The notes: generated by a model from the letters alone, not told the origin. Numbered from the stretch's first letter, positions 1 to 8,827 are shown. The stretch: DNA of 64,000 nt from Candidatus Aceula meridiana (GCA_030765185.1 JAVCDE010000033.1:10957-74956), one strand, 5' to 3'. A program made the numbers and translations.

Positions 1-386
1 TTAACCAACCACCATTTTTCAATAAATCCTAAATGAATTCCTCTGTTGGGCAATTTCAAAATAGCTTCTCCAACAAACGGAATTATCGAATCGCTTATCG
101 TGGCAATGCCTACCGATCCCGCATAACCAATGACAAGCAAAATCCAAAAATTACATTTACCCTTTATACATTTGCTGTTTATCCGTCCGCACTCATGAAG
201 CTCATAAATAGAAGCAGTAACAAGAGCACTTAAAACAACATGAATAGGATGAAGAACATAGAATATATTATAAGAAATTTCTAAAGGTAAATTTTTGAAA
301 AACATCATAACGATGATGCCTGTAAATGCTCCAAAGAAAGTAAAGGGTGCATGGATTCTCAATTCTTTTAAAATTAATTTAAGCAT
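1..386 (-). CDS. Hypothetical polytopic membrane protein, 5'-partial (runs off the window start)
   Basis: My own minus-strand translation from the ATG at 386 gives a hydrophobic open frame (MLKLILKELRIHAPFTFFGAFTGIIVMMFF...HPIHVVLSALVTASIY...) with no stop before position 1. It sits 43 nt downstream of def. It is missing from the ORF track because it has no stop in the window. Confidence 0.4.
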   Translation of the reverse strand, partial: MLKLILKELRIHAPFTFFGAFTGIIVMMFFKNLPLEISYNIFYVLHPIHVVLSALVTASIYELHECGRINSKCIKGKCNFWILLVIGYAGSVGIATISDSIIPFVGEAILKLPNRGIHLGFIEKWWLV

Positions 387-429
387 CTCTTGCCCCCTTG
401 CAAATAATACTATTTGCCTACACCCTACA

Positions 430-927
430 TCAGGAAATCATTTCTTCTCTCCACTCTCTCTCAGCCTCAAACATCATTCTCTTTTTCAAAGAAAAATAAT
501 CAATAATAAGCTTACCTTCCAAATGGTCAATTTCATGCTGAAGAACCCTTGCCATCAACCCCTTGGCATTTATCTCTTGCGTTTCTCCTTTTTGATTTAA
601 CCCAGTTACAACAATTTCATAACTGCGCGATATTTTTATATAAACTTCTGGAATACTTAAGCACCCCTCCTTCAATGCATCGCTTCCTCTTTTATCAATT
701 ATTTTAGGATTAGCCAAAAATAGCGACCCTTCACCGATATCAGCCACAATAACTTGCTTCTGAATGCCAATTTGCGGACCCGCCAAACCTATGCCATCAA
801 AATGATGCATTATAAACAACATCTGCTGAAATAAATTCTTTTCCCTCTCCGTTATACGATTTACAGGCTGGCATTTTTTTCGCAAAATTATTTCAGGATA
901 TTTCTTAATTTCTAAAATATCCATCAT
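430..927 (-). CDS. def: Peptide deformylase
   Basis: 165 aa with the three canonical PDF motifs: GIGLAGPQIG, EGCLSIP and QHEIDHLEG. An ATGA overlap with the upstream radical SAM gene suggests translational coupling. Confidence 0.9.
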   Translation of the reverse strand: MMDILEIKKYPEIILRKKCQPVNRITEREKNLFQQMLFIMHHFDGIGLAGPQIGIQKQVIVADIGEGSLFLANPKIIDKRGSDALKEGCLSIPEVYIKISRSYEIVVTGLNQKGETQEINAKGLMARVLQHEIDHLEGKLIIDYFSLKKRMMFEAEREWREEMIS

Positions 928-1700
928 CCCTTGCCTCTCCTTTTTAAAGTATCTTTATCGCTAATAGACTTAATTTTATTTTTTTCCGCTTTATACACAG
1001 AAATTGTATTTAACCCATAAAAATAAGATTCTATTTGGTTTAATTCAAGCTCAGACAAAGGCTTTACCTTGCAAGGCCTAAGCGGTGTATTAATTTGAAC
1101 TTCAGAGGGATGAATTTCCCTAACGATTTCAGCAATTTCTTTCGCAGATTTCTTATTATCTTCGATAAACATAATTTGCAGAGCTAATTTTCCTTTATAA
1201 TTTTTCTTAAATTCTTTTATGCCAGAAATAATATGCTTAATCGTGATTGTTTCCAAAGGCCTATTGACTGTGTTAAAAATTCTCTGCGTAGAAGCATCAA
1301 GTTTTGCCATAACAAAATCTGCCGACAGCAAATCTTCTTGGACATCTTTTCTGTGCAACAAAGAAGAATTTGTAATCACGGCGATTTTCTCCCGCCGTAT
1401 TTGCTTTACCGCTTTTATCATTTTTCCCAAATTGCCAGCTAGCGTAGGCTCTCCGGCCCCAGAAAAAGTAATATAATCTATTTTCAAAGGAGGCAATAAA
1501 TCTATTTCTTCAATAATATCTCGACAATCAACAAAGGATTCTCGTTCATTGATTAATAAACTTTTCTTCTGGAGCTGGCAATAGCTGCAATCAAAATTGC
1601 AGACCTTCCTTCCCTTAAAAACAGGATCTACTCCCAAAGATCGGCCTAAACGCCATGACGGGACTGGCCCATAAATATACTTATAATTTTTATCACTCAT
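924..1700 (-). CDS. Radical SAM protein (small Fe-S oxidoreductase type)
   Basis: CNFDCSYC (CxxxCxxC) follows an N-terminal [15 protein letters not shown] motif typical of a small radical SAM family. It is part of the same tightly packed operon as apbC and the MinD-ferredoxin genes. Confidence 0.65.
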   Translation of the reverse strand: MSDKNYKYIYGPVPSWRLGRSLGVDPVFKGRKVCNFDCSYCQLQKKSLLINERESFVDCRDIIEEIDLLPPLKIDYITFSGAGEPTLAGNLGKMIKAVKQIRREKIAVITNSSLLHRKDVQEDLLSADFVMAKLDASTQRIFNTVNRPLETITIKHIISGIKEFKKNYKGKLALQIMFIEDNKKSAKEIAEIVREIHPSEVQINTPLRPCKVKPLSELELNQIESYFYGLNTISVYKAEKNKIKSISDKDTLKRRGKG

Positions 1701-2520
1701 TTTCTAAACTATTAATAACTCTTTTAACAATATCATCCATACGACATGCTGAAAAATCATTACGGTTAAATTGAACAAAAGGTTTCCCGGCATCACCTTG
1801 CTTCACAATTTGAGAATCTATAGGAATGCGTCCTAAATAAGGAACTTTTAAATCCTCCGCCGCTTTTTCTCCTCCCCCTTGCCCAAATATCTCAATAGAT
1901 TTCTCGCAATGTGGACAAATAAAACCACTCATATTCTCAATAATTCCAAGAACAGGAACGTTAATAAATTTTGCGAATAACACACTTTTTCGAGAATCTA
2001 AAATAGCTACGTCCTGAGGAGTCGTCACAATAATGGCACCGCTTATCTGAGAAATGAGCTGGCAGACACTCAAAGGCTCATCCCCTGTCCCAGGGGGAGA
2101 ATCAATAATTAAATAATCTAAATCTCCCCAATCAACATCACTTAAAAATTGCTCAATCATCTTCATCTTAAGCGGCCCTCTCCAAATAATCGGCTGATCC
2201 TTGTCTTCCATTAACATCGAAATACTCATCGCTTTTAAATTCGGCAACACCAAGCATGGCTGTATTTGTTCATCCAGTGTTGAAATCTTTACATCTTCAA
2301 TTCCTAACATTTTTGCTATATTGGGTCCATGGATATCTACATCTAAAATACCAACACTGTTCCCCTGGCTAGCCAATTCATAGGCAAGATTAACAGCTAC
2401 CGTAGTTTTGCCAACTCCTCCCTTGCCACTCATAACAATAATTTTTTGTTTTATCCGCTGCATTTTCCCTTGAAGGCGTTTTTCTTTAGAAATTTCTTTT
2501 TTTTCATCAACTTTTTGCAT
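1693..2520 (-). CDS. apbC: Mrp/NBP35/ApbC family Fe-S cluster carrier ATPase
   Basis: Deviant Walker [22 protein letters not shown] plus the C-terminal CPHCE...GQGGGE Mrp signature. The ORF-track start at 2691 would overlap the upstream gene by 164 nt and add a Lys-rich low-complexity tail. An internal Met at 2520 (or 2463) is more plausible; which of the two is uncertain. Confidence 0.8.
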   Translation of the reverse strand: MQKVDEKKEISKEKRLQGKMQRIKQKIIVMSGKGGVGKTTVAVNLAYELASQGNSVGILDVDIHGPNIAKMLGIEDVKISTLDEQIQPCLVLPNLKAMSISMLMEDKDQPIIWRGPLKMKMIEQFLSDVDWGDLDYLIIDSPPGTGDEPLSVCQLISQISGAIIVTTPQDVAILDSRKSVLFAKFINVPVLGIIENMSGFICPHCEKSIEIFGQGGGEKAAEDLKVPYLGRIPIDSQIVKQGDAGKPFVQFNRNDFSACRMDDIVKRVINSLENE

Positions 2521-2527
2521 TTTTTTC

Positions 2528-3397
2528 CTAAATCTTTTGAATTTTTTCCCAAATTTTCTTAAAAGGCTCTGCAACCTCCTTATCAGGGTGCTCAGTGACG
2601 CTTTTGCGCTGCGTAACACAATCAACAATACGTCTATCAAACGGAATTTTTCCGACAACTTCAATTCCATCTTGTTTAGCAAAACTTTCAATTTTTTGCG
2701 CCATGTCGCTATTTAAATCAAACTTATTAATAACGATCTTAACAGGAACCTGAAAATGTTTCGCAACTTTAATGACTCTTTTCGCGTCATGAATTCCTGA
2801 AAGGCTTGGCTCAGTTACCACAATGGCGCAATCCACATCTGACAAAGACGCGATCACCGGACATCCTATCCCCGGAGCGCCATCGGTGACAACCTTCTCA
2901 CTTTTACCTTGGTTGGCAAGTTCTTTGCCCATTTGTTTAACAGTTGATACCAACTTGCCGGAATTTTCTTCGGCAACGCCCAGCTTGGCATGAACAAAAG
3001 GCCCAAATCTCGTCGATGACACAAACCAGTCTCCGGATATATTTTCTTGCATTTCAATCGCGCTGTGCGGGCAAGCTAAGGCACAAAACCCACATCCTTC
3101 GCAGGATATCGGATCAACAACATAAATGCCGTTAAGCTTGTCTTCCGCAATAGCAGAAAACCGGCAAAGCCCTTCGCAAAGGCCGCATGATTTGCATAAA
3201 TCTTTATTAATAACAGCTGTTTTTCCGCTTCGAAATTCATGTTTTTCTTCAACCTGCGGATTTAAAATTAAATGCAAGTTGGCGGCATCAACATCGCAAT
3301 CAGAAAAAACCGCGTTTTTTGCCAATGACGCAAAAGCCGCTGTCAAAACTGTCTTACCTGTCCCACCTTTTCCACTGATAATTAAAATCTGTTTCAT
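2528..3397 (-). CDS. MinD/ParA-family P-loop ATPase with inserted 2x[4Fe-4S] ferredoxin domain (paralog 1)
   Basis: SGKGGTGKT deviant Walker A. Two Cys clusters, [11 protein letters not shown] and [12 protein letters not shown], are inserted in the ATPase fold. The start was moved to [12 protein letters not shown] at 3397, which forms an ATGA stop/start overlap with the upstream paralog. Confidence 0.75.
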   Translation of the reverse strand: MKQILIISGKGGTGKTVLTAAFASLAKNAVFSDCDVDAANLHLILNPQVEEKHEFRSGKTAVINKDLCKSCGLCEGLCRFSAIAEDKLNGIYVVDPISCEGCGFCALACPHSAIEMQENISGDWFVSSTRFGPFVHAKLGVAEENSGKLVSTVKQMGKELANQGKSEKVVTDGAPGIGCPVIASLSDVDCAIVVTEPSLSGIHDAKRVIKVAKHFQVPVKIVINKFDLNSDMAQKIESFAKQDGIEVVGKIPFDRRIVDCVTQRKSVTEHPDKEVAEPFKKIWEKIQKI

Positions 3398-4233
3398 ACG
3401 GCAACCTTTGGTTGAATTTTTTCCCATAACTCTTTAAAAGCTTGTCGAAAAGAAGGCAGTGCCTCAACAATAAAATCACCCCTAGAATAAACTTCAGCAA
3501 TTTCTTTTTGAAAAGGAATTTTCATCAAAATTTCAATCCCATTTTTCTGACAAAAATCTTCTGTTTCCTGATTACCTAAATCCGATCGATTAATAATAGC
3601 TCCAAAAGGAATATTAAGTTTACGCAAAACCTCAACACTAAGCACAAAATCATTAAGCCCAAACGGTGTTGGCTCCGTCACTAAAATCACAAAATCGCTT
3701 CCCTTAATTGATTCAATAACCGGGCAGCTTGTTCCTGGCGGGGCATCAATAATCGCCACCATATCAGGACGAATATGTTCTTTAACCCTGCGGATAACCG
3801 GCGGCGCCATGGCCTCTCCAATCTTCATCCGCCCGGAGATAACATCGACATGAAGGCTTTCTCCTGTGGTGACAACGCCTATTTCTTGTTTTTCTTCGAC
3901 AATCGCGCCATGCGGACAAAAATACGAACACGCCCCACACCCGTGGCAAAGCTGAGGAAAAACAAGATGTTTTTTTCCAACAACAGCAATCGCGTTATAA
4001 ACACAAACTTCCTGACACTTGCCACACAACTGACATTTAGAAACATCTGCCTTTGGCACAAGCTTAAAAACTTTTTCTTCTTTCTTAATTTGCGGTTTTA
4101 AAAAAAGATGAGCATTAGGCTCTTCGACATCACAATCTAAAAGCTGACATGGAAAATCTAAAGACATCGCGAGGTTAGTCGCGACAAGAGTCTTGCCGGT
4201 CCCTCCTTTACCACTAGCAACGGAAACAATCAT
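3394..4233 (-). CDS. MinD/ParA-family P-loop ATPase with inserted 2x[4Fe-4S] ferredoxin domain (paralog 2)
   Basis: [15 protein letters not shown] Walker A, with CQLCGKCQEVC and CHGCGACSYFCP ferredoxin motifs. Tandem paralog of the gene at 2528..3397. Confidence 0.75.
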   Translation of the reverse strand: MIVSVASGKGGTGKTLVATNLAMSLDFPCQLLDCDVEEPNAHLFLKPQIKKEEKVFKLVPKADVSKCQLCGKCQEVCVYNAIAVVGKKHLVFPQLCHGCGACSYFCPHGAIVEEKQEIGVVTTGESLHVDVISGRMKIGEAMAPPVIRRVKEHIRPDMVAIIDAPPGTSCPVIESIKGSDFVILVTEPTPFGLNDFVLSVEVLRKLNIPFGAIINRSDLGNQETEDFCQKNGIEILMKIPFQKEIAEVYSRGDFIVEALPSFRQAFKELWEKIQPKVAV

Positions 4234-4248
4234 AAAAAACTTTCTCCT

Positions 4249-4854
4249 TTATTTTGCGCTTGCAACAAGCATCTTTTGATGCTTTGTTTCAGAAAACTGT
4301 GTTTGAAAATTCTTCTTATGAAGAAAGTACACCATGGCCTCCCAACAAACATTAAAAAATTTATGCTCACGCCCTTCATTTTTATGAAGACTGTCGATAA
4401 GACGCAAGCCTTCCTGATTAAAATCATTGATGACAATCGTAGCCTTTGGCTTACAAGCACGGATGATCTCTCTTAAAACACTAAACTGATTTTCCATGTG
4501 ATGAAAGCTGTTAACACAAAAAACTATATCAAAAATCCCGTCGCTAAAAGGCATATCAATCGCATCCGCAACCTGAAAATTAACTGCTTCGCTTAAGCCA
4601 AAGTCGGCAAGATTATTTTTAGCAATTTGCTGCTCTTGAGACGAAATATCAATACTTGTAAACTTATAGCCTTTTTGGGCCAAAGCTATTGCAAAATATC
4701 CTTTACCACTGCCGACTTCTAAAATTTTCCCTTTAATCGGCTCAACTTTCTCAATAACAATCGCACGCTCAGCATCAACATCATACCCAAACTTATCATA
4801 AAGAACCTTATGCTTTAAATGCTCTTGTATTGCGTTTGCAGATGCATTAGCCAT
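4249..4854 (-). CDS. Class I SAM-dependent methyltransferase
   Basis: Motif I ILEVGSGKGYFAIALA plus post-I and motif II (DIVFCVNSFHHM). The start was moved to MANASANA at 4854 to remove a 26-nt overlap with the NifX-like gene. Confidence 0.7.
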   Translation of the reverse strand: MANASANAIQEHLKHKVLYDKFGYDVDAERAIVIEKVEPIKGKILEVGSGKGYFAIALAQKGYKFTSIDISSQEQQIAKNNLADFGLSEAVNFQVADAIDMPFSDGIFDIVFCVNSFHHMENQFSVLREIIRACKPKATIVINDFNQEGLRLIDSLHKNEGREHKFFNVCWEAMVYFLHKKNFQTQFSETKHQKMLVASAK

Positions 4855-4855
4855 G

Positions 4856-5218
4856 CTATGCCCCTGACTTAGAATCAACATTAGAACCTTCGGATAAGGT
4901 CATTTCGCCTTTTTTATATTTCTCAACGGCTTCTAAAACAGTGCCTGTTGCTCCTAAACAAAATTTAATACCCGCAGCTTTTAGAGTATCGCTAGCGTTT
5001 GGCCCTATATTTCCTGTCAAAACACACTCAACGCCCTTGTCAGCCATCAGGCGTCCTGACTGGATGCCAACCCCACCGGTTCCTTGAGCATTCACGTTCT
5101 CAATAACCTCAAAATCCAGCGAATCAACATCCACGGCTAAAAAATATTTCGCGCGGCCGAAACGTGGGTCAACAAGTGCTTGTAAATTATCTCCCTGGGC
5201 AGTGACACAAACTTTCAT
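4856..5218 (-). CDS. NifX/NifB-C-terminal-like (dinitrogenase FeMo-cofactor biosynthesis domain) protein
   Basis: 120 aa with the MKVCVTAQGDNL...VDPRFGRAKYFLAVDVD pattern and later GVECVLTGNIGPNA..L...GIK, typical of the small NifX-like/DUF134 fold. Confidence 0.65.
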   Translation of the reverse strand: MKVCVTAQGDNLQALVDPRFGRAKYFLAVDVDSLDFEVIENVNAQGTGGVGIQSGRLMADKGVECVLTGNIGPNASDTLKAAGIKFCLGATGTVLEAVEKYKKGEMTLSEGSNVDSKSGA

Positions 5219-5241
5219 AAGACTATCCTTTTTTTTATTTG

Positions 5242-5625
5242 TTATTCGTGTGCGTGATCACACTCGGTTTTGTCAAGGCCATAGCCTTTACCCGAACGCG
5301 GCTCGCAAGGTTTATCATCGCTTGTTAAATTATTATTTAAAAACTGCGTAACGGCTTCATCGACAGAAACCTCAACACCCAAAATCGGAGTAATTTTCTT
5401 CTCTTCAAAAAGAATGCGCGCCCTCTCGCCCATACCGCCGGCAATAATATGGCTAACACCTCTCTGGCCTAAAAACTCCGGCAAAAAACCAGGATGATGG
5501 CCAGGATTATCAATAACCTCTTTGCTTACGACTTGTCCATCTTTAATATCAACTAAAGTAAAAAATGGGCATCTTCCAAAATGCGCGGATACAAAATCAC
5601 CATCTGTTGAAATGGCTATTTTCAA
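5242..5625 (-). CDS. NifX/NifB-C-terminal-like domain protein (paralog)
   Basis: 127 aa with MKIAISTDGDFVSAHFGRCPFFTLVDIKDG...SHIIAGGMGERA, the same fold family as the neighbour at 4856..5218. Confidence 0.65.
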   Translation of the reverse strand: MKIAISTDGDFVSAHFGRCPFFTLVDIKDGQVVSKEVIDNPGHHPGFLPEFLGQRGVSHIIAGGMGERARILFEEKKITPILGVEVSVDEAVTQFLNNNLTSDDKPCEPRSGKGYGLDKTECDHAHE

Positions 5626-5650
5626 AACAACCTCCTTAAATTAACTATTT

Positions 5651-6025
5651 TTATCCTTTAGACTTTTTTTCAGCTTCTAAATGCTTGATGTCGTGCTGAA
5701 CAACATCCATTTGCTGCTTTAACATTTCAGCTTGCATTTTAAGCGTTTCAAGTTCTTGGCCGGACACTGGTACCTGCTGAGGATATCCTCCTTGCGCTCT
5801 AGCCCCTAATCCTAATCCTCGACCAAACCCCTGGCCTCTTCCTCGGCCTAAGCCCATGCCTAATCCTCGGCCTAAGCCCATGCCTAATCCTCGGCCAAAA
5901 TAAGGTGCTTGTGCAGCTTGAGGGCCGCCTTGAGAATCTTTTGGGTTAGGAACAACACAGTTTCCCATTCCCCATCCTGTCATTGGGCCCACTCCTTGAG
6001 GGCCTCTTCCATCTCGTGCTGGCAT
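5651..6025 (-). CDS. DUF5320-family protein (Gly-rich N-terminus, coiled-coil C-terminus)
   Basis: Starts MPARDGRGPQGVGPMTGWGMGNC, a typical DUF5320 N-terminus, then Gly-rich GRGLGMGLGRG repeats and a C-terminal coiled coil. A strong RBS (AAGGAGG) precedes the ATG at 6025. The ORF-track start at 6070 would overlap fur. Confidence 0.6.
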   Translation of the reverse strand: MPARDGRGPQGVGPMTGWGMGNCVVPNPKDSQGGPQAAQAPYFGRGLGMGLGRGLGMGLGRGRGQGFGRGLGLGARAQGGYPQQVPVSGQELETLKMQAEMLKQQMDVVQHDIKHLEAEKKSKG

Positions 6026-6038
6026 AACATACCTCCTT

Positions 6039-6500
6039 TTATTTAGATTGACATTGACCACAGATACCATAAAAATGAATAATATGGTCCTGAATTTGAA
6101 ACTTATATTTTTTACTTAAGCCTTTTTCAATTTTTGACAAAAATTCTTTTTCAGCATCCATAAAATCCGCGTAATCAATAACTTTTTGGCACTTCTGGCA
6201 AACGAGATGATGATGATGTTCTGCGCCGCTCTCACTCTCAGATAATTCATAATTTGCTTTACCATCTCCAAAATTAAATTTAGACACAGTGCCCATATCT
6301 ACTAAAAGTTCAAGGTTTCGATAGACCGTAGTCAAGCCGATATTAGAATATATCTTATGAACAGAAAAAAAAATATCCTCAGCGCTTAGATGTTTTTTGG
6401 ATTTTGCTAAAACACCTAGGATTAATTCCCGGGGTTTTGTAAACCGGTATCCGCCTCCCTGAAACTTTCCCCTCCAACATTGAGATCCTCGAGTCCTCAT
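6039..6500 (-). CDS. fur: Fur-family metal-responsive transcriptional regulator
   Basis: Winged-helix N-terminus plus HHHHLVCQKCQKV and FYGICGQC metal-site motifs. The start was placed at MRTRGS (6500), which has an AAGGAG RBS. The ORF-track N-terminal extension is hydrophobic and runs across the Fur box. Confidence 0.8.
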   Translation of the reverse strand: MRTRGSQCWRGKFQGGGYRFTKPRELILGVLAKSKKHLSAEDIFFSVHKIYSNIGLTTVYRNLELLVDMGTVSKFNFGDGKANYELSESESGAEHHHHLVCQKCQKVIDYADFMDAEKEFLSKIEKGLSKKYKFQIQDHIIHFYGICGQCQSK

Positions 6501-6517
6501 AAAAATATTCTCCTTAT

Positions 6518-6538
6518 TGATAATGATTGTCATTATCA
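6518..6538 (-). promoter_or_regulatory. Fur box (21-bp palindrome TGATAATGATTGTCATTATCA) just upstream of fur
   Basis: Read directly in the sequence. It matches 17 of 19 positions of the classical Fur-box consensus GATAATGATAATCATTATC and is a near-perfect inverted repeat. It lies 18 nt upstream of the fur start codon. Confidence 0.7.
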
Positions 6539-6603
6539 ATATAGAACATAAAAGGCCATTTGTCAAATAATTTAATTTTGGTAAATAGGGTTTAGGTGAC
6601 TCT

Positions 6604-6728
6604 CAGATGAGCTTAATTTTACGCCCGGAGATTTTCAGGCGCTTTTGAATAAAAAGCACAATCGCCTTTGGATAGAGCTTGTGCTCTAGCTTGTGGATGC
6701 AGACTTCAAGAATTAAAGATATTTTCAA
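6604..6728 (-). pseudogene. Degenerate duplicate of the purN 3' end (remnant fragment)
   Basis: The minus-strand translation LKISLILEVCIHKLEHKLYPKAIVLFIQKRLKISGRKIKLI* matches the C-terminus of the intact purN at 8228..8350 (LKTLESRIHKLEHKLYPKAIQLFSQGRLKIFGRKIILR*). The two have the same length and stop position and about 70% nucleotide identity. The fragment directly abuts the FG-GAP gene stop codon. Confidence 0.6.
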
Positions 6729-6730
6729 AT

Positions 6731-8038
6731 CTATTCAATAGCAGGCTTCTTTTGTACATTATGCTTTTGAATAATATTTTTATATATATAAACTGCTCCA
6801 GAAAATGGACCGCTTGCCCAGTCATGAGGAGCTCCTGCGACAAAATGCTTTTCAGACAAAGAGACAGAAGAACCAAACATATCTCCCGGGAAGTCTGTAG
6901 ATTGTCTTGTTACCTCATGCCAATTTTCAACGTGTCTCGCAAAAATAGATGCTTCCCTAGATCCAACAATAGCATAATTTCCAGAGATAAAAACTGACTG
7001 CCCAAAATTATCATCGCCGCTATTTGGCAAAAATGTCGTCTGCGCTATCCATTCTGTACCGTTTCGCTTATAAATATACGCTGCTCCGTGAGGATTGCCG
7101 CCATTCATTCCAAAGGGCGTGCCAACGATTAAATAATCACCTGAAATAGCGCATCGTAAATGCGTATAGCTATTCCAAAGATCGGTTATCTGTGAATGCA
7201 AAGCCCAAACAGCTGCGCTTCTCTTGTAAATAATCACCTTGTCAACACCACTCGCTACACCTGCCGCAACATAGTCTCCTGAAATAGAAATTGAACTTCC
7301 AAGCACCATGTCCATCGAGCTGCCAGAAAGTAATTTTGCATCTTCACTCCAATTGCCAAGGGCATCTCTTTTAAAAACATAGATAGCTCCATGCCATAGA
7401 TTCTTAGCAGGAGCTCCAACAATCGCGTAATCACCTGAGATCGCAACAGTAGTGCCGAACTCATCGTTTGTCTCTCCATCGCTAGCAAAAAGTTTTGATA
7501 TAAAATTCCAATTTCCAGAGCCATTTCGTTCATATATATATGCGGAACCAGACCTGTAGCCATGGATTCCATCGTCGTGATAAGCCCCAACAATAGCATA
7601 ATCGCCGAAAATCGCGACTGAAGTACCAAACGAATCTCCGTTGCCTCCATCGCAAGGAACAAGTTGCTTAACACAAACCCAACCCGTCCCGCTCTCATGC
7701 TCATAAATACGTGCAGACCCCGAAGAAATCCCAATGATATTATCTTGCGGCGCCCCAACAACAAAATAATCACCAGAAATTGAGACAGAGCAGCCCATCC
7801 TTGAGCCTTGGTCTCCAATAATTTTTGTTTCTGGAAAAACTATCCCAAAAGACCCATCCTTAGAAGGTATTGTTCCAGGTTTAATATTTGGGTTAGTGTT
7901 TCGGGAAAAAGATTTTAGAATGTCGCTGTCGGAAAAATACGTTGAAATTTTAGGAGCCAAAGGGGGCCCTTCACTACATAGCCCGTTTCCAGAAAGCGTA
8001 ATAAAAATAAACACTCCTAAAATAAGAATCTTTTTCAT
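6731..8038 (-). CDS. Secreted FG-GAP repeat protein (predicted 7-bladed beta-propeller)
   Basis: N-terminal signal peptide. Seven recurrences of the FG-x-SV-x-ISGDY-x-VGAP motif (SVSISGDYFVVGAP, SVAIFGDYAIVGAY, TVAISGDYAIVGAP and others), which is the FG-GAP signature. Confidence 0.7.
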   Translation of the reverse strand: MKKILILGVFIFITLSGNGLCSEGPPLAPKISTYFSDSDILKSFSRNTNPNIKPGTIPSKDGSFGIVFPETKIIGDQGSRMGCSVSISGDYFVVGAPQDNIIGISSGSARIYEHESGTGWVCVKQLVPCDGGNGDSFGTSVAIFGDYAIVGAYHDDGIHGYRSGSAYIYERNGSGNWNFISKLFASDGETNDEFGTTVAISGDYAIVGAPAKNLWHGAIYVFKRDALGNWSEDAKLLSGSSMDMVLGSSISISGDYVAAGVASGVDKVIIYKRSAAVWALHSQITDLWNSYTHLRCAISGDYLIVGTPFGMNGGNPHGAAYIYKRNGTEWIAQTTFLPNSGDDNFGQSVFISGNYAIVGSREASIFARHVENWHEVTRQSTDFPGDMFGSSVSLSEKHFVAGAPHDWASGPFSGAVYIYKNIIQKHNVQKKPAIE

Positions 8039-8227
8039 TATATTTTCCTCTCATGATTTTGCGCTATTATTAATTTAAAAACTATTATAAACGTGGGTTC
8101 TCGTTCTATTTTTATTAATAAAAGTATAACATATATTTTATCTCTTGCCCAAAATAGACAAGGTTTAGAGAAAAATCGAACATATCCAAAATATTGGAAC
8201 ACAATGACTTATAAAATTTTAGCTGAT

Positions 8228-8827
8228 TTATCGAAGGATTATTTTCCGCCCAAAAATCTTGAGACGTCCTTGGGAAAAAAGCTGGATGGCTTTTGGGTAA
8301 AGTTTGTGCTCTAGTTTGTGGATTCGGCTCTCAAGTGTTTTGAGGGTATCTTGGGGGCGGATGATGACAGGCTCTTGTAAAATGATAGGCCCATGGTCGA
8401 CTTTCTCGTCAACAAAGTGCACGGTCACGCCAGTAAGCTTTGCTCCATAATCAAAGGCATCTTTAATGGCATGCGCGCCTTTAAATGACGGCAAAAGCGC
8501 AGGATGAATATTAAGGATCTTTCCTTTATAAGCCTTAACAAAATAAGGCGATAAAATGCGCATATATCCGGCCAAGACAATAAAATCAATTTTAAAATCT
8601 TTAAGCTCACGGATAACGGCTTTATCAAAGGCCTCGCGGGTCTTAAATTTCTTTGGGTCAACAACCGTTACCGGAATGCCTGCCTTTAATGCGCGCGTTA
8701 AGACGTAAGCTTTTTTCTTATCAGAAACCACAAGACCAAGCTGTGCTTTAATTTTTTTAGACTTTACGGCAGAAATAATCGCCTGTAAGTTTGTCCCGTT
8801 GCCGCTTGCTAAAACTGCAAATCTCAT
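8228..8827 (-). CDS. purN: Phosphoribosylglycinamide formyltransferase
   Basis: MRFAVLASGNGTNLQAII start, HPALLPSFKG and DxGPII motifs, 199 aa. Confidence 0.9.
   Translation of the reverse strand: MRFAVLASGNGTNLQAIISAVKSKKIKAQLGLVVSDKKKAYVLTRALKAGIPVTVVDPKKFKTREAFDKAVIRELKDFKIDFIVLAGYMRILSPYFVKAYKGKILNIHPALLPSFKGAHAIKDAFDYGAKLTGVTVHFVDEKVDHGPIILQEPVIIRPQDTLKTLESRIHKLEHKLYPKAIQLFSQGRLKIFGRKIILR

Noticed and set aside
1693-2691. Full 332-aa version of the apbC ORF with an N-terminal Lys-rich 57-77 aa extension
   Set aside because: The extension overlaps the upstream MinD-ferredoxin gene by 164 nt and is low-complexity, unlike Mrp N-termini. An internal Met start was chosen instead, although which internal Met is right remains uncertain.
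7255-7818. 187-aa minus-strand ORF nested inside the FG-GAP gene in another frame
   Set aside because: Completely embedded in a gene with strong repeat-motif support. No independent start or RBS evidence, and low-complexity L/M-rich translation.
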